Shown here: positions 47,734-56,230 of the stretch, piece by piece
Position numbering within the stretch: the stretch's first letter is position 1
Layout: every line of letters starts with the position of its first letter
DNA from: Candidatus Woesearchaeota archaeon
GTDB lineage: Archaea > Nanobdellota > Nanobdellia > SCGC-AAA011-G17 > JAGVZF01
NCBI GenBank assembly: GCA_964549185.1
Contig: CAZJUI010000002.1
Span: 28,409-92,408 of the forward strand
Reading direction: 5' to 3'
Length of the DNA stretch: 64,000 nucleotides
Made by a program: the position numbers and the translations under genes
The notes under the pieces: model-generated
The model's database searches: none
Told to the model about the DNA's origin: nothing
What the model saw: only the letters and a program-made list of their open reading frames with translations

Positions 47734-49710
47734 ATGGTAATTATCTATCATAGTAATAACAAATCGGGGGTTTTAAAAGTGAAAAAGATAACAATTTTAA
47801 GTATATTATTGATATTGGCAGTAGTTTTAACTCCTATTGCACAAGCAGCTGATTTAATAGTAACCTCTCCTAGTAACCCAAGCGGTAATCCAGGAGCAAC
47901 AGTTACAGTAACATTTTCAGCAAGAACAACAGGGTCAGTTCCTAAGCCAGTTACATTCTCAAGCTCAACATTAACTAAAGGAGCAGACACAATTACAGTT
48001 CCAGGAACATTTACAGACACATTAAATGATAATAACATTAAAACATTAAGCTTCCAAGTAACAATTCCAGCCGGAAAAGCAGCAGGAACATACTCTGGAA
48101 CAATAACAATTAAAGAGACAGGAAATGATGCAAACTCAGCTACATTACCTTATTCAGTAACAGTAAATTCAATAACAGCATTAGATGTTCAAACTTATAC
48201 AACTACAAATCCATTAACAGTTAATGTAGATAAAGGAGAATCAACAAGTTCTTCTTTTACAGTTCAAAATACAGGAACCAATGCATTAACATTAGATGCA
48301 AACTCATTTACATACGATGTAACAAAGTTTACAGATTCAAATGGAAAGATATTAACTTTATCATTTGTTCCATTAAAATCTAGCTTAGCAGCCGGAGAGC
48401 AAACAACAGTTACAGTTAGCATTAATGCTCCATCAGGAATAGAAATAGGAAATTATCTTGGAACAATAATTGCTAAATCAGGAACAGCACAAGATACATT
48501 TGCAATAGAAGCTAAAGTTCAACCAAGCATTTGTTCTGATGGTGTTCGTGGAAGAGTAACAGTTGATATAAAAGATCCAGATAATGGAGACGATTTCAAG
48601 CCAGGAGATACAATTCAAGTAACAGCTAAAGTTGATAATGATATAGGCGATGATTCGGACTTTGTAATAACAGCTGTTTTATATGATATTTCAGATGATA
48701 ACGAAGTTGAATCAGTAGATTCAGATTCAGTTTCAATAGATGATGGAGATAACGAAGATATAGATGTTGATTTGGAAGTTCCATATTCAGACATTAAAAA
48801 AGGAAGTTCTTACAAATTATTTGTGAAAGCTTATGAAGATGGAGAAGAAGACACAAATTGTGCTCTTGATAGTATTGACTTAGATTTAAAACTTGAAAAG
48901 CACGAAGTTCAAATTGACAAATTCACATTAGCTCCAATCCAAGTTTCATGCAGCGATACAGTAACAGCGGTAATTGGATTACAGAACATTGGCTCAAATG
49001 ACGAAGATGATGTCTATGTTTCATTAGTAAATTCATTGCTTGGATTAAATGAACAATCAACAACATTCGACTTAGATAAGCTTGGTGGAAGCGATGATAC
49101 ATCAACTGAAAGAATATCATTCCAAGTTCCAAATGATGCTAAAGATCAACAATATCAAATAACAGCAACTGTTTACTATAACGATGGAAAAGATTCAAGA
49201 GACAAAACACAAACATTAACAGTTAAAGGCTGTTCACCAACAACAGGAAAAATATATGAAGTTTCAACACCATCATCACTATCTGTTGATTCAGGAGATA
49301 CATTATCTCTTCCAGTTTCAATAACAAACAATGGAGATGAAAAAGTAACATTGACAGTATCAGCAGTTTCAAGTGATGGAAGTTTAAGTTCAGACAGTAA
49401 AACAGTAGTCCTTGATCCAGGAAAATCAACAACAGTAAATTTAGCTTTAGACGCTAAAGAAGGAATTTCAGGAACTAAAACATTAACATTAACAACAAAA
49501 TCAGGGAACACAGTTGTCGATACCAAAAACTTAAATGTCAACATAAGAAGTGCAGCTCCACCTGTAACAGGCGGAACAACAGGAACTGGTAAGGTTGATC
49601 AAAAAACAATATTCTGGATAATTGGAGACATAGTCTTGATTATAGTAGGATTATTCTTCATAAAATTGATCTTTTCCAGAAGAAAGAAAGACAAAGATGA
49701 ACTAGATTAA
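47734..49710 (+). CDS. Surface protein with a signal peptide, Thr/Ser-rich beta-domains, a CARDB-like module shared with the 1699-aa protein, and a C-terminal TM anchor.
   Basis: ORF of 658 aa. The C-terminus reads IFWIIGDIVLIIVGLFFIKLIFSRRKKDKDELD. Confidence 0.65.
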   Translation: MVIIYHSNNKSGVLKVKKITILSILLILAVVLTPIAQAADLIVTSPSNPSGNPGATVTVTFSARTTGSVPKPVTFSSSTLTKGADTITVPGTFTDTLNDNNIKTLSFQVTIPAGKAAGTYSGTITIKETGNDANSATLPYSVTVNSITALDVQTYTTTNPLTVNVDKGESTSSSFTVQNTGTNALTLDANSFTYDVTKFTDSNGKILTLSFVPLKSSLAAGEQTTVTVSINAPSGIEIGNYLGTIIAKSGTAQDTFAIEAKVQPSICSDGVRGRVTVDIKDPDNGDDFKPGDTIQVTAKVDNDIGDDSDFVITAVLYDISDDNEVESVDSDSVSIDDGDNEDIDVDLEVPYSDIKKGSSYKLFVKAYEDGEEDTNCALDSIDLDLKLEKHEVQIDKFTLAPIQVSCSDTVTAVIGLQNIGSNDEDDVYVSLVNSLLGLNEQSTTFDLDKLGGSDDTSTERISFQVPNDAKDQQYQITATVYYNDGKDSRDKTQTLTVKGCSPTTGKIYEVSTPSSLSVDSGDTLSLPVSITNNGDEKVTLTVSAVSSDGSLSSDSKTVVLDPGKSTTVNLALDAKEGISGTKTLTLTTKSGNTVVDTKNLNVNIRSAAPPVTGGTTGTGKVDQKTIFWIIGDIVLIIVGLFFIKLIFSRRKKDKDELD

Positions 49711-49759
49711 TTTTTTCTTTTTTAATAATCTTTTTAAATAGCTAAATAATTCTAATAAT

Positions 49760-51121
49760 ATGAAAAAACATCAAGATTTTTTATCTCTTGGAGAAGAATA
49801 TTATAAGATTATTGAGATGCATAAGAAATATGTAGCAGAAACTATCCCAAGAAGAACTGACCCAAATCCAAAAGATAGTGTAAAAAGAATTCATAAAGCC
49901 CTGAATATATTAAAACCATTTTTAGATATAGAGGTAAAATTTGAAGAAAATTGGTTATACAACAATATTGTAGAAGAACCTTGCTCGTTACATGGCTGCA
50001 CACATCGTAATTTTGATATAACACAATATTCAACAGATATTAAAGAACATTTAGATGAAATAAAATTAAGTTTAAAGAGAAAATTAGTAAAAAATTCATT
50101 AGCTCTTTTATTTTCATCAGAAAGAGAAACAATATTTTCTTCTGAAAAATTAAGATATCCAAAATTAAACTCAGAGGAAAAAGAAATAATAAAAGAATTA
50201 GGACAACATTTTCCATTTGGTTACGATTCAAATAAAGAAATTCCAGAAATAAAAAAACTTAATTTATTATCACAAAATAAACTAGAAGAAATAATAGTTT
50301 CTTTATCATCAAAAGGATTTTCTCATGAATTTATAACAGCGATAAGAATGTCTTATCAACCAAGAAAAATAGAAGAATATAAAACTATAAAACAGGAAAA
50401 AGAAATAAAACAAGCAATAAATAAAGAGATATCAGAGGAAGATAAAGCTTATTCATTGGAAATATTAAAAGTTATCGGAATAGAAGGAGATATTGCAACA
50501 ATAATATCTTCGAAATTTTCTACAGAGAAAATAGAAGAAAGATATAAAAAACTTGAAGACTTAGTAGGATATCATTTAGCTGAAAAATTGATACACAAAA
50601 ATAATGAAATAGCATTATTAGATCCGCCAGAATATTCATTATATCTTAGATTATTAAAAAATACTTTAAATAAGATTAGAATAAATGAAATAACAGATGA
50701 TGAATATAACATCGAACATAATGTTAAGGTATTTTCCAGCATACCATCTTTAGAAAATTTGTTAAAGAAACTGAAAGAAGAAAATCCAAGCATAGTTGAA
50801 GAACAAGAGTTTGATGATGAAACAGAAGTTGAAAAAATTAGAATAACTGGTCAAGATTTAACAACTATAAAAAATGTTCTTAAAAACGTTTATGATGGAG
50901 AAAGAATAGTCAGAGAATTAAGTCCAATAATTAAAAAATATGGATTATCATTTGATATGACTGGAAAACAACACATAGGTCTATATGGAGAATTTGATGG
51001 AAAAAAGAGAATAATAAAAACATTTGCACTTTCACCTAGCGATGTTCGTGCAGGTAGACCAGCATTTACAGAACTTAAAAGAAGGCTTAAAGAAGAGGGA
51101 TATATATTATCAAATGATTGA
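49760..51121 (+). CDS. Hypothetical protein, possibly a partner of the downstream AsnB-like enzyme.
   Basis: ORF of 453 aa. Its stop overlaps the start of the next gene. Confidence 0.45.
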   Translation: MKKHQDFLSLGEEYYKIIEMHKKYVAETIPRRTDPNPKDSVKRIHKALNILKPFLDIEVKFEENWLYNNIVEEPCSLHGCTHRNFDITQYSTDIKEHLDEIKLSLKRKLVKNSLALLFSSERETIFSSEKLRYPKLNSEEKEIIKELGQHFPFGYDSNKEIPEIKKLNLLSQNKLEEIIVSLSSKGFSHEFITAIRMSYQPRKIEEYKTIKQEKEIKQAINKEISEEDKAYSLEILKVIGIEGDIATIISSKFSTEKIEERYKKLEDLVGYHLAEKLIHKNNEIALLDPPEYSLYLRLLKNTLNKIRINEITDDEYNIEHNVKVFSSIPSLENLLKKLKEENPSIVEEQEFDDETEVEKIRITGQDLTTIKNVLKNVYDGERIVRELSPIIKKYGLSFDMTGKQHIGLYGEFDGKKRIIKTFALSPSDVRAGRPAFTELKRRLKEEGYILSND

Positions 51122-52040
51122 AACCTATATTAAAAATAACAAACTAATCTCAGAAAAAGAATGGCATAATAATATTTTTAAATTAGAAACGAAATATGAA
51201 AATCTAATTGATAATAAACAGATAGCAATAAGGCTAATACAAAGACACTTAACAGAAGCAATTAAGAAAAGAGCAACAAATAATTTTGCAATTTTATTAT
51301 CTGGAGGTTTAGATTCAAATTTGCTTGCAATAATAGCAAAAAATCTTAATCTTAACTTTACTTGTTATTCTCTTGGTTTAGAAGATTCAGAAGACTTAAA
51401 GTTTGCGATTAAATTAGTTAAAAAATATAAATTGAGACATAAAGTAAAAATAATATCGTTAAAAGAACTAGAAGATTCATTAAAACAGGTTATTCAAATT
51501 CTTAAATCAGATGATGTTGTTAAACTTGAAATTGGAGTTTTAAATTATTTAGCATTAAAAGAAGTAAAGAAAGATAATTTTAAAGTTGTTCTAACTGGTT
51601 TAGGTGCAGAGGAGATGTTTGGTGGTTATCAGCGTCATCAAGATTTATATAATAATCAAAAACAAGTCCATGAAGAATGTTGGCGAGGCTTAAAAAATGA
51701 CATATATCAAAGAGATCTAACAAGAGATGTAAACATTGCATTAAATTTAGGTATAGATGTAAGAACGCCTTTTTTAGATGAAGATGTTATAAAACAAGGG
51801 ATGTTTATACACCCTACACTAAAAGTAGATGAAATTAGAAGAAAAATTATCTTACAAGAATTAGCATTATCATTAGATATATCAGAAGAATTTGCTTTAC
51901 GTCCAAAAAAAGCAGCACAATATGGTTCATCTATTTCTAAAGCAATAGAAAAATTAACTAAGCAAAACAGATTTAAATACAAAAAAGATTATATTTCTTC
52001 ACTTAGTAAACTTCAAAAACCCAAAGATTTGCATAAATAA
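51114..52040 (+). CDS. Asparagine synthetase-like PP-loop ATPase. It is the AsnB C-terminal synthetase domain only, with no glutaminase domain.
   Basis: PP-loop FAILLSGGLDSN and the AsnB motif GAEEMFGGYQRH. The start is set at ATG 51114. The ORF-track start at 51024 is probably over-extended. Confidence 0.65.
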   Translation: MIETYIKNNKLISEKEWHNNIFKLETKYENLIDNKQIAIRLIQRHLTEAIKKRATNNFAILLSGGLDSNLLAIIAKNLNLNFTCYSLGLEDSEDLKFAIKLVKKYKLRHKVKIISLKELEDSLKQVIQILKSDDVVKLEIGVLNYLALKEVKKDNFKVVLTGLGAEEMFGGYQRHQDLYNNQKQVHEECWRGLKNDIYQRDLTRDVNIALNLGIDVRTPFLDEDVIKQGMFIHPTLKVDEIRRKIILQELALSLDISEEFALRPKKAAQYGSSISKAIEKLTKQNRFKYKKDYISSLSKLQKPKDLHK

Positions 52041-52129
52041 ATCTTTTTTGAATAAATAAAACAACACTAATAAGATTACTATTATCAATATTATATTCCA
52101 AATTTTCATTTTTTCCTCCCTTTATTATA

Positions 52130-52213
52130 AGGGCAGTATGGGATTTGCACCCATGAATAATCGCTTACCACTTTTAACTGCAGGCGATCGCCTTACTGCT
52201 TGGCCAACTGCCC
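52130..52213 (-). tRNA. Putative tRNA-Cys(GCA) with a 12-nt intron at 37/38 and discriminator U. The T-loop is unusual (TGCAAAT).
   Basis: The reverse complement folds as a cloverleaf: GGGCAGT/ACTGCCC acceptor, anticodon stem ATCGC/GCGAT, loop CTGCAG plus intron plus A, and T-stem ATGGG/CCCAT. The upstream TATA box TTTATAAA lies at -32 to -25. Confidence 0.5.
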
Positions 52214-52237
52214 GTAATTATTTCTCATTAATAAAAC

Positions 52238-52245
52238 TTTATAAA
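52238..52245 (-). promoter_or_regulatory. Archaeal TATA box for the tRNA-Cys candidate.
   Basis: TTTATAAA is centred about 28 nt upstream of the tRNA 5' end, and a purine-rich BRE-like sequence lies upstream of it. Confidence 0.5.
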
Positions 52246-52263
52246 GCTTTCTCGAAGGGTAAT

Positions 52264-52503
52264 TTAATCTTTTTTTAGTTCTTCTAACATCTTTTTCTCT
52301 AAAAATCTTGACATATTAATATTCTTCTTTCTACAATAAGCCTTAAAATCTCTTAATATATTTTCATCTATTGTAATGTTTAATCTTTGCCTTCTATATA
52401 TCTTTGGAAGTTTTCTTGTTCTTTCATATTCTTCTAAGCTTTCAAAAATTTCAGGATATCTATCTATTATTTTTCTAGCTCTTTTAACATTATATGATAC
52501 CAT
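52264..52503 (-). CDS. RHH-type (CopG-like) protein, antitoxin-like.
   Basis: ORF of 79 aa. The C-terminal part ITIDENILRDFKAYCRKKNINMSRFLEKKM has an RHH pattern. It overlaps the doc-like gene by 14 nt. Confidence 0.45.
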   Translation of the reverse strand: MVSYNVKRARKIIDRYPEIFESLEEYERTRKLPKIYRRQRLNITIDENILRDFKAYCRKKNINMSRFLEKKMLEELKKD

Positions 52504-52822
52504 TTTTTATACTCCTTTCAATTTCATTTATACTAACTAACTTTTTTCTCAAAATTTTTATTACTATTCTTGGAATTTCTTCTCGATTGTAATCTATTTT
52601 ATTAAGATCCATTAAAAGCATTATCACAGCAGTAGCAGTCCTTTTATTTCCATCTTCAAATACATAATCGGTTAATATTGCCCTTGAAATTGTAGCAGCC
52701 GACCTAAGCCAATTCTTACTACTTGCATTTGTTTGAACAGCATAATCAATACTATTTTCATTAACTATCCTCCCATTTGAAAACTTCTTATTTATCTCTA
52801 TAATATCCTTTTTGCTTAACAT
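52490..52822 (-). CDS. Doc (death-on-curing)/Fic-family toxin.
   Basis: Fic/Doc motif VFEDGNKRTA (HxFxDGNKR). The start is set at MLSKKDII (ATG 52822). The ORF-track start at 52894 is probably over-extended. Confidence 0.6.
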   Translation of the reverse strand: MLSKKDIIEINKKFSNGRIVNENSIDYAVQTNASSKNWLRSAATISRAILTDYVFEDGNKRTATAVIMLLMDLNKIDYNREEIPRIVIKILRKKLVSINEIERSIKNGII

Positions 52823-52827
52823 TTTAA

Positions 52828-52845
52828 TACGTACGTATACGTATA
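52828..52845. promoter_or_regulatory. Palindromic putative operator/TATA region directly upstream of the doc start.
   Basis: tacgtacgtatacgtata contains the perfect 10-bp palindrome acgtatacgt and tacgta. It lies -6 to -23 from ATG 52822. Confidence 0.35.
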
Positions 52846-52921
52846 GATATTTAAGGCTTTCGGAGATACCGTTCCTTTTTTTATTAAAAGACAATTAGCT
52901 TTTTTGTAGAAAATACAAGAA

Positions 52922-53251
52922 TTATACACTGATTAACCCATTTATCTTATTAATAATTTCTTTATGTGTATTTTTAGATATCTTAGCTATTTTTTTAATT
53001 GCTAAATCTTTCAAAAAAGTATGTATCTGCCAATATTTAACCTTGCTTTTTAAAGGAAGATTTCCATATTCAAAATTGGTTATCGAAATGCCTTCACTTT
53101 CAGGATTGCTAGTTATTGCACAGCCGATAATATCTTGTCCCCTGATACCAAGAACAAGCATCGGCCTTTTCTTTGCATTAATTAAATCGGAAAACGGAAA
53201 ATTAATTATTACAATATCACCTTTAGAGAACATCATCCCACCTTTCGTCAT
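52922..53251 (-). CDS. MazF/PemK-family endoribonuclease toxin.
   Basis: ORF of 109 aa. FSKGDIVIINFPFSDLINAKKRPMLVL matches the MazF/PemK N-terminal signature. Confidence 0.65.
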   Translation of the reverse strand: MTKGGMMFSKGDIVIINFPFSDLINAKKRPMLVLGIRGQDIIGCAITSNPESEGISITNFEYGNLPLKSKVKYWQIHTFLKDLAIKKIAKISKNTHKEIINKINGLISV

Positions 53252-53456
53252 ATTTATTGTTCCAGATTTTTTTTAACGAGGATTCACTAAGAAGCATTAA
53301 TAAATGTTTTTCATTTAATTTTATAGGTTTAATAAATATATTCTCTTTTCCCTCGCTAACTAAAAGTTTTGTACCTTTCTGAATCCTAAAATCTTCTCGA
53401 ATCTTCTTAGGTATCACAATCTGTCCTTTTTCTCCAACTGTGATTACTTCTGCCAT
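53223..53456 (-). CDS. MazE/AbrB-type antitoxin.
   Basis: ORF of 77 aa with VGEKGQIVIPKKIREDF. It overlaps the mazF-like start. Confidence 0.55.
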   Translation of the reverse strand: MAEVITVGEKGQIVIPKKIREDFRIQKGTKLLVSEGKENIFIKPIKLNEKHLLMLLSESSLKKIWNNKYDERWDDVL

Positions 53457-53597
53457 ACTAGTAGGAAAATACTACAAATATAAAAGGCTTTCTATCAATG
53501 AGTCTGTTAAATATTCTCTGTTTAAGATATGATGGAAAAAGTTTCCTTTTATTTAGCATTAATTAGGTTTAACAAAACTCTACCGATAAATGATAAG

Positions 53598-53685
53598 CGG
53601 GCCCACGGGGATTTGAACCCCGGACCTATTGCTCTCCCCTTAAGAATAGAAGGCAATTGCGCTATCCAGGCTGCGCTATGGGCCC
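53598..53685 (-). tRNA. tRNA-Arg(TCT) with a 13-nt intron at 37/38.
   Basis: The reverse complement reads GGGCCCATAGCGCAGCCTGGATAGCGCAATTGC-CTTCTA-[TTCTTAAGGGGAG]-A-GCAATAGGTCCGGGGTTCAAATCCCCGTGGGCCCG. The D-stem is GCGC/GCGC, the T-loop is TTCAAAT, and a TATA box (TTTAATAT) lies at -34 to -27. Confidence 0.75.
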
Positions 53686-53710
53686 ACAACGAGAAATAAG
53701 CTAATTAAAC

Positions 53711-53720
53711 AATATTAAAG
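53711..53720 (-). promoter_or_regulatory. Archaeal TATA box for tRNA-Arg.
   Basis: The minus strand reads cTTTAATATt at -35 to -26. Confidence 0.5.
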
Positions 53721-53741
53721 CTTTTCTATTAACAATTAAAA

Positions 53742-54584
53742 CTAAAAATTAACTCCAAAATTTATTACACCAATAGAGAATAATATTAATAAAATTCCTA
53801 ATGCAACCATAACAATTCCCGTAGCTAGTCTCATCCATTTCCTGTCTTTCTTCCTAATATCTTCTAATTTTTTCATGCTTGAACCGAAATAAGCCAATAA
53901 CAGTATAATAATTAAAGGCAATACAAAAATAAAGTTATACAACAATAAATATCCCAAAACAGTAAGGTCAAAACCTATTCTAGATAACAAAGTTGTTATA
54001 GCTAAATATGGTCCACCTGTGCAAGGCAGTTCAACAGCAGCAACAAATATCCCTAAGATAATAGCTCCAGGGGCAGAAAGTTTCTTTACCTTCTCTTTAA
54101 TCTGTAAACTCCTCTTATAAGGTATGCTTAAACTAAATCCTTTTCCATACCACCAAAAATCTTTAATCTCCACTAATCCAAGTAAGATTACCAATATTCC
54201 AACTCCAATTCCAATTGGCTCAGCCAGGTTAAATCTTTGTATGAATAATAATAAACCGACTCCCGCTAAGAAATAAGTTATATAAACAGCTAAGATATAA
54301 ATTGTCCCTATTAATAACATTTTTTTCTTATCTTTAGATAATGCAAGTAATGTACTTATTAATAATATTAAAACACCAATTGCACAAGGATTAATGCTAT
54401 CAATTAAAGCAGTTGTTATTACAACAGGAAGCGCAGGTAAAGAAACACCTTCTTTTATAACAGCTCCTGTGATCAAATTAGATTCTCTGCCAAGAAATAA
54501 TGATTGTCCAAATATCAATATTCCAAATAACATAAGAAATAAAACAAATATCGAAATAATCTTATATCTCATACCAATGTGCAC
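53742..54584 (-). CDS. CcdA/DsbD-like transmembrane thiol-disulfide electron transfer protein.
   Basis: ORF of 280 aa with about 8 TM helices. Conserved Cys lie in TM helices (DSINPCAIGV and VELPCTGGPY). Confidence 0.6.
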   Translation of the reverse strand: MHIGMRYKIISIFVLFLMLFGILIFGQSLFLGRESNLITGAVIKEGVSLPALPVVITTALIDSINPCAIGVLILLISTLLALSKDKKKMLLIGTIYILAVYITYFLAGVGLLLFIQRFNLAEPIGIGVGILVILLGLVEIKDFWWYGKGFSLSIPYKRSLQIKEKVKKLSAPGAIILGIFVAAVELPCTGGPYLAITTLLSRIGFDLTVLGYLLLYNFIFVLPLIIILLLAYFGSSMKKLEDIRKKDRKWMRLATGIVMVALGILLILFSIGVINFGVNF

Positions 54585-54991
54585 CCGCTTTTATCAGCTA
54601 ATTGTTGAAGTTCTGTTACACCAACAATAACACTTCCATCGCTAAACTCCCAAGTTGGATATTTAGCCACATTTTTTTCTAAACATAAACTAGATTGTCC
54701 TCTTATTCCTCTGCAAGCAATTGGTAAATCTTCTGTATCGCATCTAGGATCACATTCTACATAAACTTCCCTAGATTTTATTATCGCCATCGAACTTCCA
54801 AATAATTTTTCTTGTTTTGCACAATTTGGACACCAAAAAGCACCATATTCTTTTACCCCTTTATCAGCTAAACAGTTTGCTAATCCATCTACTTGTTCCT
54901 TGCTATATTTAACACCACTACAACCAATAATAAAGATTAAACCCAATGAAAGCAAAATTATTATCTCTTTTTTCATGAATAACACCTCCAT
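54569..54991 (-). CDS. Secreted or lipid-anchored thioredoxin-fold thiol-disulfide oxidoreductase.
   Basis: ORF of 140 aa with the signal LSLGLIFIIGCSG. The active site is FWCPNCAKQ (WCPxC). Confidence 0.6.
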   Translation of the reverse strand: MEVLFMKKEIIILLSLGLIFIIGCSGVKYSKEQVDGLANCLADKGVKEYGAFWCPNCAKQEKLFGSSMAIIKSREVYVECDPRCDTEDLPIACRGIRGQSSLCLEKNVAKYPTWEFSDGSVIVGVTELQQLADKSGCTLV

Positions 54992-55416
54992 AGTTTATAT
55001 GAGAATATAAGTAATAATATTATAAAGATATCTAAAGTTACACATAATATGCAAATTGACAAAATTAAAAACAATTCAGCATAAACTAAATATAAAGCAA
55101 ATAATAAACTTATTATCATTAAATAAAAGAGAATCTTTGATAACTTTTTCTTAGCATCTTTATTACCTTTCTCAATCTTATTTAATAAAATCAAGATAAC
55201 TATAAACGTGACAAATCCCATCAAAGAAACAGGTATCCCAGATCCAGGTGGAAATTCTGAATAAATACTTTTATTAACAATATCACAACTTAATCCTTCA
55301 CTTACATCACAAAAACTGGATTTATCAGAATAATGTAAATATATTAGATATACAGAAAGAATTATAGATATAAATACAATAATTCTCATCCATTTTATTA
55401 TTTTATTTGGTTTCAT
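54973..55416 (-). CDS. VKOR-like disulfide bond formation protein.
   Basis: ORF of 147 aa with 4 TM helices. A loop Cys pair (FCDVSEGLSCD) and a TM CxxC (ICILC) are arranged as in VKOR. Confidence 0.5.
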   Translation of the reverse strand: MKPNKIIKWMRIIVFISIILSVYLIYLHYSDKSSFCDVSEGLSCDIVNKSIYSEFPPGSGIPVSLMGFVTFIVILILLNKIEKGNKDAKKKLSKILFYLMIISLLFALYLVYAELFLILSICILCVTLDIFIILLLIFSYKLWRCYS

Positions 55417-55712
55417 TTTACGAACTCATAAACAAAAAATAAGAATATTGCTAAACAACCAATTATTGCAGTTATCACAACTAAATTTATTTGTTTGTTT
55501 ATATTCTTCCCTTCTTTAATAATATTTTTTAATATAAGATAAACTAAAAAAAAGAAAATTAAAGATAAGACGCTTTTTGCAATCCAATGATGTCCGAAAA
55601 TACTAGCAAGCATGTTTTTAAAAGCTTCATTTAATTCACTATAAATTGTTAGAAAAACTATTAATATAAATGTTGAAATTGCTGATATTGATAAAACTCT
55701 TAAATTTTTCAT
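55413..55712 (-). CDS. Small membrane protein.
   Basis: ORF of 99 aa with 3 TM helices. It overlaps its neighbours by 4 nt. Confidence 0.35.
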   Translation of the reverse strand: MKNLRVLSISAISTFILIVFLTIYSELNEAFKNMLASIFGHHWIAKSVLSLIFFFLVYLILKNIIKEGKNINKQINLVVITAIIGCLAIFLFFVYEFVK

Positions 55713-56182
55713 ATTACTTTAGCCTCCAAGCCAGCTCTAGCTCCGCTAGATATTAAATATCCCATAGCACCTATAGCAAATGCAAGAAGAAATATTAATC
55801 CGCTTAATAAAATAACAGACATTCTTAATTTATTATTTTTTATAATCTCATTTGGATTTTTCCATAGAACAGCTGCTGCAAATATTGCTAAAAATGGCAA
55901 AAACAAAAATATATGCTCCTTAGTTTCCATAAAAATTGAGTGTGCCCAAGGTTGTGGCCCTTCCTTTATTATAGGTTTAACATTAGCTCCATAGGTATTA
56001 ACATAATAATAACCTCCAATAAACCAACTAGATAAAAACAAAATAACAGCAATTAAAGAAATTATTTTTGCTCTGTTTATCCTTTCAATTGTCGGATTTA
56101 ATAGTTCAATCAATATCCATAAAAAACCAATTCCCGCTAGCTCTCCAAGAAATGCATGTGCTCCTATAAGTAAACTCACCAT
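55709..56182 (-). CDS. Membrane protein, DoxX-like?
   Basis: ORF of 157 aa with 4 TM helices. Confidence 0.35.
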   Translation of the reverse strand: MVSLLIGAHAFLGELAGIGFLWILIELLNPTIERINRAKIISLIAVILFLSSWFIGGYYYVNTYGANVKPIIKEGPQPWAHSIFMETKEHIFLFLPFLAIFAAAVLWKNPNEIIKNNKLRMSVILLSGLIFLLAFAIGAMGYLISSGARAGLEAKVI

Positions 56183-56230
56183 CTTTTTTCCAATAAAAAT
56201 TTATCTTTCTGATATATAAGCTTTTTCACT

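Noticed and set aside
51024-51113. The 30-aa N-terminal extension of the AsnB-like ORF, which overlaps the upstream gene by 98 nt.
   Set aside because: The internal ATG at 51114 gives a 4-nt stop/start overlap, which is the usual coupling geometry. The extension has no conserved character.
52130-52213. The possibility that the tRNA-Cys candidate is a pseudo-tRNA or an integration-site fragment, because of its odd T-loop (G55).
   Set aside because: It is not rejected outright. The cloverleaf, the intron position, the U73 discriminator and the well-placed TATA box together favour a functional gene, so it is kept at 0.5 confidence.
52823-52894. The N-terminal extension (MSFNKKRNGISESLKYLYVYVRIK) of the Doc ORF.
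   Set aside because: It would make the coding sequence run through the palindromic promoter/operator-like element. Doc-family proteins begin near the MLSKKDII position.
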